Of a DNA stretch of 64,000 nt, positions 57,252 to 64,000 are shown in pieces. The notes under the pieces are model-generated. The model searched no databases. It had not been told where the DNA came from and saw only the letters and a list, made by a program, of their open reading frames with translations. The position numbers were made by a program, and so were the translations under genes. The stretch's first letter is position 1; each line of letters starts with the position of its first letter. Source of the stretch: an uncultured Methanosarcinaceae archaeon (GTDB lineage Archaea; Halobacteriota; Methanosarcinia; Methanosarcinales; Methanosarcinaceae); the NCBI GenBank assembly GCA_963847185.1, contig CAWJYV010000008.1:1056001-1120000 (forward strand). Direction: 5' to 3'.

Positions 57252-57613
57252 GCAGAAAGTCAGGACTGAAATAAGACTTAAGCTTTTTATGGTGTTTTTA
57301 GGTTCTTAAAAACTAGCATTAGTTAACTGATAATGACCGTTTTCCATAAAGTCCAGAAACAATCAAAATATTTTAATTTTTTGTTAAATTCAGTTGTTTT
57401 GTACAAAATAACTTCCTGTGAAAACTTAATATTTTTACTCTTTTCCAGTTTTTCCAGGCAGGTTCTAAGACTAAAGCAGATGTAATAAACATTATAATTA
57501 TATTTGGGAAATTTCAGAAAAATATTTGGTTGAAAAAGAAATATCTGAATTCAAAAAAGAAAGGGAAATAATCCCTGTTAATTATTCAAACTTTAGGCGA
57601 TTTCTGCTCCTCT

Positions 57614-59377
57614 TTAAGTTCCATTTGTTTTTGTCCCATTAATCAGTGAAAGCACTTCAGAAGGAATATATACCTTACTGGTTACTGGAACATAGACAAC
57701 TGTTCCATTGAGTTCATGAGCTACCCCGTCCTTGATAAAAATATTTTTGTTCACTGGCAATTCAGAGTCTCCTATTCTCAGTACAGGGTTAGAGGAGTTT
57801 GTCATATCCAGCAAATACTCATTTTCATTCAGTTTCCCATCTCCTTCATCTTTGGAGAAAACCTCACCTACTTCGATAAATAGACATGAGTTGGTCTTGT
57901 TCAGGTCAAATCCGAGTACTTTAGCGATATATCCTGCAATCTCGGTATTATCCATATATCCTGAAGGGCGATCAGGGCCGTAAGTCCACAGAGGGACATC
58001 TTCACCACAGTGTCCGTGAGTGGTCCATCCGATAACGGTGTGATTCCGACTGATTACTTCGCTGATTGCATAGTCGAGTGAAAGACCTTCTCCATTATTA
58101 TAGAGCTCAAGAATTTCAGTTACATCATCATCTGTTGCATCAATGCCCCACCAGTTCTTTAGCTTGGCTTTAATGTTTTCGGAGGAGATATCTGTTCCTA
58201 TTTTTTCCGCAACGCCTCCAGAACTGAGCTTCATACCTTTAAGAGGATCAATAACGTCTTCTATGGTTGTAGCTGTATAATTGGAATCAGAACTACTGCC
58301 TATGGTCATCCCGCCTGTATTATGGTCCGGGAAAGCAAGGACAAGGGTATGCCCATCTTTTTCTGCAAACTCAACTGCAACCTTAACAGCTTCGTCAAAA
58401 GCCAGAAAATCCGTAACAGCATAAGCAGGGTCATTGGCATGATTTGCCCAATCTACCTGACTGCCTTCTACCATAAGGAAGAACCCATCTTTGTCCTGAG
58501 ATAGTAGCTCGACGGCCTTTTCTGTCATCTCTGCAAGAGAGGGCTCTTCAGGTGCAAGTTCGACACGGTCAATATCCGGTGCCATATGACTGCTGGCAAA
58601 AAGTCCCCACGCTTTTCCAGAGGACATATTTAATATTTCATCTCTGCTGTCAATATACTGGTAGCCTCTATCAAGAAGCACTTTTGTCAGGTTTTCTCCA
58701 TCAGTCCGTTTTCCTCCTTCAGCTTCAGGCACGAGATGGCGGGAACCTCCTCCGAATACTACATCAATATCTTCGTAGACCATCTGTTCCATAATCTCGT
58801 TTTCATTATCCCTGTTGTCAACGTGAGCAGCAAATGCTGCGGGTGTAGCATGGCTGACACGAGAGGTTGCAACTAGCCCTGTAGCTTTACCTGCAATTTT
58901 TGATCCTTCAAGCACTGTTGCAAGCGGTTTGTATTGCAATTCTTCGGAAGGGCTTTCTAACATACTTAGAACAGAAGTATTGCTTGGGCCGACACTTACA
59001 AAGCCATTGGTTGTCTTATATCCAGTGGCAAAAGCAGTTGCAGCTGATGAGGAATCGGTAATAACCGAGTCAGTGCTGTAGGTAGATACTGATCCAGCCA
59101 CCATTTCATCAAGCGTCAGAGAACTTCCACCGTACCATCGGGATAGGGTCTGGACACTCTGAGAACAGCCATCAGGGACAAGAATGATCACGTTTTTAAT
59201 TTCAGCTTCCGATTCTAAACAAGATTTGCAGTCGGCGGAATCAGTGAGATCAGTATAATTACCTGAATAATCTTCATCACTCAAATTGCCTTCCACAGCT
59301 ACCGCAGAACCAACATTTCCTAGCAGCAGAAGCCCTATAATAAGGGTTAGTAAAATGTCTGTTTCTTTAGCTTCCAT
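57614..59377 (-). CDS. phoA: Alkaline phosphatase (secreted)
   Basis: NVIILVPDG, ITDSSSAATA, HATPA, MVEGSQVDWANHAND, PDHNTGG, HCGEDV. Confidence 0.95.
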   Translation of the reverse strand: MEAKETDILLTLIIGLLLLGNVGSAVAVEGNLSDEDYSGNYTDLTDSADCKSCLESEAEIKNVIILVPDGCSQSVQTLSRWYGGSSLTLDEMVAGSVSTYSTDSVITDSSSAATAFATGYKTTNGFVSVGPSNTSVLSMLESPSEELQYKPLATVLEGSKIAGKATGLVATSRVSHATPAAFAAHVDNRDNENEIMEQMVYEDIDVVFGGGSRHLVPEAEGGKRTDGENLTKVLLDRGYQYIDSRDEILNMSSGKAWGLFASSHMAPDIDRVELAPEEPSLAEMTEKAVELLSQDKDGFFLMVEGSQVDWANHANDPAYAVTDFLAFDEAVKVAVEFAEKDGHTLVLAFPDHNTGGMTIGSSSDSNYTATTIEDVIDPLKGMKLSSGGVAEKIGTDISSENIKAKLKNWWGIDATDDDVTEILELYNNGEGLSLDYAISEVISRNHTVIGWTTHGHCGEDVPLWTYGPDRPSGYMDNTEIAGYIAKVLGFDLNKTNSCLFIEVGEVFSKDEGDGKLNENEYLLDMTNSSNPVLRIGDSELPVNKNIFIKDGVAHELNGTVVYVPVTSKVYIPSEVLSLINGTKTNGT

Positions 59378-59852
59378 GAAAACTACCTCTAACTGAGGGC
59401 ATATTTTTAAGAGTATGTTCAGTCTCAAACCATACTCAGATTTTTTACCTCATTTTTAAAGAAGTAGCCACCTGTATTTGAATTTTTCACATATATAATA
59501 TATATCACCTTATATCTTATATGTAAAAAGTATTACTATATGGCACTATTTTTCGGTGCCAGGTGTTTGCCAAAATATTTACCTTATATATTTCACTTAC
59601 GCGTTGCTAGTTCCACTAATTGTAAGCAAAAAATAACGCTCTAGCCTACAAAAATAGCCTACAAAAATTCCACTTAATAGACGAAGAAAATTGGGATTCT
59701 CAAAATGCGAAACAATAATAACTAACGAAATATTCATTTTTAAACATAAATCAAGAGTACCTTGTTAGTTCATTAAATACTTATTTTTACGGCTAATTAT
59801 CAAAATCCGATGAAAATAAAATTGAAAACCACTGGATTTTGTAAATGGCTAT

Positions 59853-59984
59853 CATTTGGATTCGGTTAAGGAACAAAAAGTCAAAAAATACTATTTTTTA
59901 TGCAACATCTAAGAGAATTCTCTTGGAAAATCACTATACGTGGTATTCGAAGTTTGCATAAAATTCGTTAACCGAATCCAAATG
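59853..59984. mobile_element. MITE-like element (132 bp) with 21-bp terminal inverted repeats
   Basis: CATTTGGATTCGGTTAAGGAA ... TTCGTTAACCGAATCCAAATG (1 mismatch). Confidence 0.75.
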
Positions 59985-60181
59985 TACTGATATTAGGTAT
60001 CAAGTTTTCCTGCGAAAAAATTTAGAAGAGGCATACTTCTTAAACTAAGAACTATCCCTGAAAAGGGTATATAAGGAAAAGTATAATGACCGAAGAACAT
60101 GATTGAGAAAAGAACCGGTTCGGTCATTTTTTCCTTATATTTCCTGTTAAAACATTTTTTTCCTTTAAGCCGTTTTTAGAA

Positions 60182-61129
60182 TTACTTCTTTAACTGGATA
60201 TACCCGACTTCAGTCACTAGGCTCTGTCCTTTCTCGCTTGTTACAAAGTCAATGAATTCCTTTGTGAGGCCTGAGGGTTCCCCGTTGGTGTAGAAGTAGA
60301 GAGCCCTTGAAAGTGGGTATGCACCACTGAGGATGTTTTCAGAAGTTGGAGCTTCAGAGCCGTTTCCAGTATCCAGGTTAAGGGCTTTTACGCTTTCATC
60401 AAGGTATGCAACACCGATATATCCTATTGCATTGGTGTTCTGGGAAACTTCACCTACAATTCCACCTGTAGCAGGCTGGGTAAGGGCATCAGCCCGGTAT
60501 TCGTCTCCCTGTAAAACTTCTTCCTTGAAGTATTCATAAGTTCCAGAACTGCTGTCCCTGGAAATCACTACAATTTCCTTATCCTCTCCGCCAACATCCT
60601 TCCAGTTGCTAACGCTTCCATTGTAGATGCCGCGAAGCTGATCAAAAGTAAGTTGAGTAACAGGATTCTGAGGGTTTACAATAACTGAAATACCGTCATA
60701 AGCAATGGTAGTCTCTACAGGATTGATACCTTTTGCCTTAGCTGCTTCGATTTCCTCAGATTTCATTTCTCTGGATGCGGTAGCAATATCTACCTCGCCG
60801 TCAATTAGAGCTGTGATACCAACACCAGACCCGCCCCCAGTAACTGTCACACTTTTCCCGGAGTTTTCAACCATGAACTCTTCAGCTTCAGCCTGTGCAA
60901 GAGGCAGAGCAGTGTCAGATCCCTTCAGAGAAATACTCTGTGCTCCACCAGCAGTAGCGTTCTGTGGTGCTTGTGGTGCTTCAGCAGCAGTGGTTTCCTG
61001 AACTGGAGCTCCTTCTGAAGAGGTTTCCTGAGATTCTCCACTATTTTTTTCAGTACATCCTATTCCCAGAAACACAAGTCCAATCACTAATAATAAAAGG
61101 ACTGCGTAATTTTTTAATTTATTCGCCAT
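60182..61129 (-). CDS. pstS: Phosphate ABC transporter substrate-binding lipoprotein
   Basis: IGC lipobox, KGSDT, GGGSGVG, SRDSSSGT, YPLSRALY. Confidence 0.95.
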   Translation of the reverse strand: MANKLKNYAVLLLLVIGLVFLGIGCTEKNSGESQETSSEGAPVQETTAAEAPQAPQNATAGGAQSISLKGSDTALPLAQAEAEEFMVENSGKSVTVTGGGSGVGITALIDGEVDIATASREMKSEEIEAAKAKGINPVETTIAYDGISVIVNPQNPVTQLTFDQLRGIYNGSVSNWKDVGGEDKEIVVISRDSSSGTYEYFKEEVLQGDEYRADALTQPATGGIVGEVSQNTNAIGYIGVAYLDESVKALNLDTGNGSEAPTSENILSGAYPLSRALYFYTNGEPSGLTKEFIDFVTSEKGQSLVTEVGYIQLKK

Positions 61130-62457
61130 GTCAAAGACACTCCTTTAAATAAATACAACTAATCAACAATCTACGTCCATTAACTGGTACTCGTACTATG
61201 CACAATAAAAGAAAGAGAGATATAAAGATTCTCGATATAGTCTATTGAGGACTGAATACGTGAATAGATTTGCATAATTGGGTAATTTAGTATATAGGTA
61301 CTATATGATATATGTATAAATGAAATTACTGTGTAAGAAAATACTTCTGACATTCTTTGGCATTAACTATGCATTAAAAATATTCCTTGGGAATACGCTA
61401 AAAATTTACTATTAACAAAAAAGTCTTATTTTTCCTTGAAAATGCTAATATGGTGAAATTAAAGCTTAATTTTTTAGAAAACTATATCTCGTTTTCTATT
61501 ATGACGTTAGCTCTGTTTTTTATAAGTTGGATTGAACTTCATATATTTCATATATATTATTAGGAATATTAGAAAGTTAGTAATAAAGTCTCACCTTCTT
61601 AACATCAGATTTGTCATTAATCTTCTGTGCTCTACATTAGGGAGTTATAGGAAGACAGTTGATTCAGGAGTAAAATTTATTAGTTATTGAATTCATGGCA
61701 AAATCACTTTCATTTCATGTCAATTAGAGGTAATGAGTATGAGTTATTGAAAAACGTGAACATAAAATCTCTCTAAATTTGTCTCAAGTATAGGAAATTT
61801 ACTCACCTTTTCGTAATCTATCAATAACTCACGGACAAATAATTTAATATATAGTTCTTTCTGATTTACGGATTATTTAGTTCTAATTAGTACTATTATC
61901 AAAATCTATAGATATTTGGATAATGTATAAATATAAGGAGAACTAACCTATTTATCCAAGAAGGATTTAGCCCATTACGCCCTTCACCAAATCGTAAACC
62001 ATCTAAAGTTCTCTTCCCTAGAATAGTACCCTTCTTCTAAGGGTGGAAACTGGGCTTTTTTCTTCTTTCAGGTAAATAGTACTTATTGTTGAAGCTTTGT
62101 TATATCCTGAAGCCTTTCAAAATTTGCGCTTTTTGTCCCCAAGTCTCTGAAATGTATGTTCTAATTTTAGTGTTGTCATACCTTCAAACCTCTTTCAATC
62201 TACCTCCATATCCCGTACCGATCTTGTTGAGAGGGATAAGAGTAGACTCAATAAAGGAATTAAAAGAAAGAATCAGTCAAATGTAAATCAGATTGACGAA
62301 AAACCAGTCATATTTACGTGAAAATATAAATTGAAGAAAAGGCCAAAATGTCTGGGGAATTGTAATCTAAATAATGGGAATTAATTAGGAATCGAAACAT
62401 TAGTTTTTATTCACATAAAGTGATGAAGTAAATGTTTAGTTTCCCTTGTTCTAATGT

Positions 62458-62620
62458 TTAAAAACAATATTTTAGTAGGAGGAGGTAAGGAGTGAACCCT
62501 CCTCCTAACTCGGAGGTTGATTTTTTAGTACTCATGCAGGAAAAATATGCCAGAATTCCTAGATGAGTTTTCTATTCAGATAATATATATATTACGTATG
62601 AAATGTATTTAACTCTTTCG
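62458..62620 (-). ncRNA. Candidate sRNA or 25-aa small ORF with its own promoter
   Basis: Minus-strand CGAAAGAGTTAAATAC BRE/TATA at about 62605-62620; perfect 10-bp stem TAGGAGGAGG/CCTCCTCCTA; T-tract at about 62460. Confidence 0.35.
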
Positions 62621-62947
62621 CTTTAATACAACTGTTGGAGTTATTGAGTCTTTACTTTCATTTTTATTTCGTACAAAAAATATACAAGTTATATATGAGA
62701 AAATCGAATTATACCCCTATCTTTTAATCCATTATTTCATTTCCAAGTTACTCTCTTCAATTGCAATTACTAATGAGCTTTTTATTTAGAAATAGGGAAT
62801 TTAATTACTTTTTTTAGAATAAGAGCCCTAAAGTTGCCTATAAATTTTTTAAAAATATCGGAAGACTAATATCAGAGTAAACCTATATAAATAATTCAAT
62901 TCCAAAAATCCAAACATCTTTTTACAGGATCTTAATGGAAAATCTCA

Positions 62948-63712
62948 ATGGAAAGGGGTTTTGACATGTTCTCACTTAACGAACAAAAAGCTATTGAACT
63001 TGGCGAATCTGGCGAGAAGGCAATAAGGGAGCAAAATGACTATGATGCCCTTCAATATGTTGAATACCTGAGGGAATTCGGGGAAGAGTTGCTCGAGGCA
63101 AATCTGGAGACAGACTTAAAGAGAGTCGTAATCTCACTTCGGAACATAGGCAATAAAGCTATCCAGAAAAGGATGGAAAATATTGCTTCTGAAACTCTGG
63201 AAACCCTTAAAAAACTTGCGGAGCCTGCGCTGGAAAAGAATCTCTCAAATGCACTCTGGTCTTTTTCAAAAGCTGTCCAGGAAATAGGAAAAGGAACTGT
63301 ACAATTCCAGATGCTTGAACCTGCAAAAGCTGCTATAGAAATCCTTAATATTATAGGAACAGGGGCTGTTGCAAAAAAAATGGAGGTTGTAACCCTCTGG
63401 ACAACTCTGGCTCTTGAGGAAATGGACTTTCTGGCAAACAGGCAGAATCTTGAAGACCTCAGCAAAGCAGCAAAAGATGCCAGGGAAGGAATAATAAAAT
63501 CTTCGGAAACTGCAGGTTTTATTCCGAGGGACCAGATTGAAAAATACCCTCAGCTTATTGCCCATACATTAAGCGAGTTTTCGGAGCTTCAGAACCTTCA
63601 GCCTGCAGGTTATGCGGGTAGGCCTAATGAAGAATTCACGGAAGAAGAATTTTTTGAAGAAGAAATCGAAGAGGAACCTGAGGCTTCAGGAAAGAAGAAA
63701 TCAGCTGATTGA
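62948..63712 (+). CDS. Alpha-helical repeat hypothetical protein with acidic tail
   Basis: Recurring L-x-x-I-G-x-x-A helices; 254 aa. Confidence 0.8.
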   Translation: MERGFDMFSLNEQKAIELGESGEKAIREQNDYDALQYVEYLREFGEELLEANLETDLKRVVISLRNIGNKAIQKRMENIASETLETLKKLAEPALEKNLSNALWSFSKAVQEIGKGTVQFQMLEPAKAAIEILNIIGTGAVAKKMEVVTLWTTLALEEMDFLANRQNLEDLSKAAKDAREGIIKSSETAGFIPRDQIEKYPQLIAHTLSEFSELQNLQPAGYAGRPNEEFTEEEFFEEEIEEEPEASGKKKSAD

Positions 63713-63773
63713 GATTGCAAGCTTTGCTTCTATTACAAGATTTTGCTTATATTAGATAAAAAATTTTGGCTGT

Positions 63774-64000
63774 TTAAACAGCCATTTGCTTCTTTTTATA
63801 ATTTCTGGAAACTTCCAGAAACCTTTCGATTATTTTCAATCCTTCTGGTGTAAGTACGGATTCTGGATGGAACTGCAGCCCATAGATTGGGTACTTCACG
63901 TGTTCTACTGCCATTATAGTCCCATCTTCTGCCTGAGCAGTAACCTTTATTCCGGGAGCCGGCTCGCCAATCTCAAGGGAATGGTAACGTCCTGCCTCGA
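63774..64000 (-). CDS. Class I glutamine amidotransferase (anthranilate/aminodeoxychorismate synthase component II), 3' part
   Basis: AGRYHSL...IMAVEH...YGLQFHPESVLTPEG; start lies beyond the window. Confidence 0.92.
   Translation of the reverse strand, partial: EAGRYHSLEIGEPAPGIKVTAQAEDGTIMAVEHVKYPIYGLQFHPESVLTPEGLKIIERFLEVSRNYKKKQMAV

Overview
Chromosomal window from a Methanosarcina (archaeal 16S-tRNA-Ala-23S-5S operon, mtaA/mtaCB methanol methyltransferases, PGF-CTERM surface proteins). Contents: (i) a C1A protease-PKD surface gene and a five-gene cell-surface cluster (6.3-15 kb); (ii) housekeeping genes (pcc1, DHH/RecJ-like, radical SAM, thi4, alaX, mscS, cbiZ, phoA, pstS, trpG/pabA-like), tRNA-Gly and tRNA-His; (iii) a small-gene and pseudogene patch (19.6-23.4 kb) with a stand-alone TIR-zinc-ribbon gene; (iv) a truncated IS1, several MITE-like elements and a dispersed GC-rich repeat; (v) a TPR-macrodomain-mtaA/mtaCB block with an orphan diverged mtaB tail; (vi) an rRNA operon behind a triplicated 173-bp promoter unit. 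The best candidate for an undescribed system is the surface cluster, whose anchored and unanchored subunits carry cohesin-like and dockerin-like modules. All family calls come from motif recognition by eye; no searches were run, and starts and rRNA ends are approximate.
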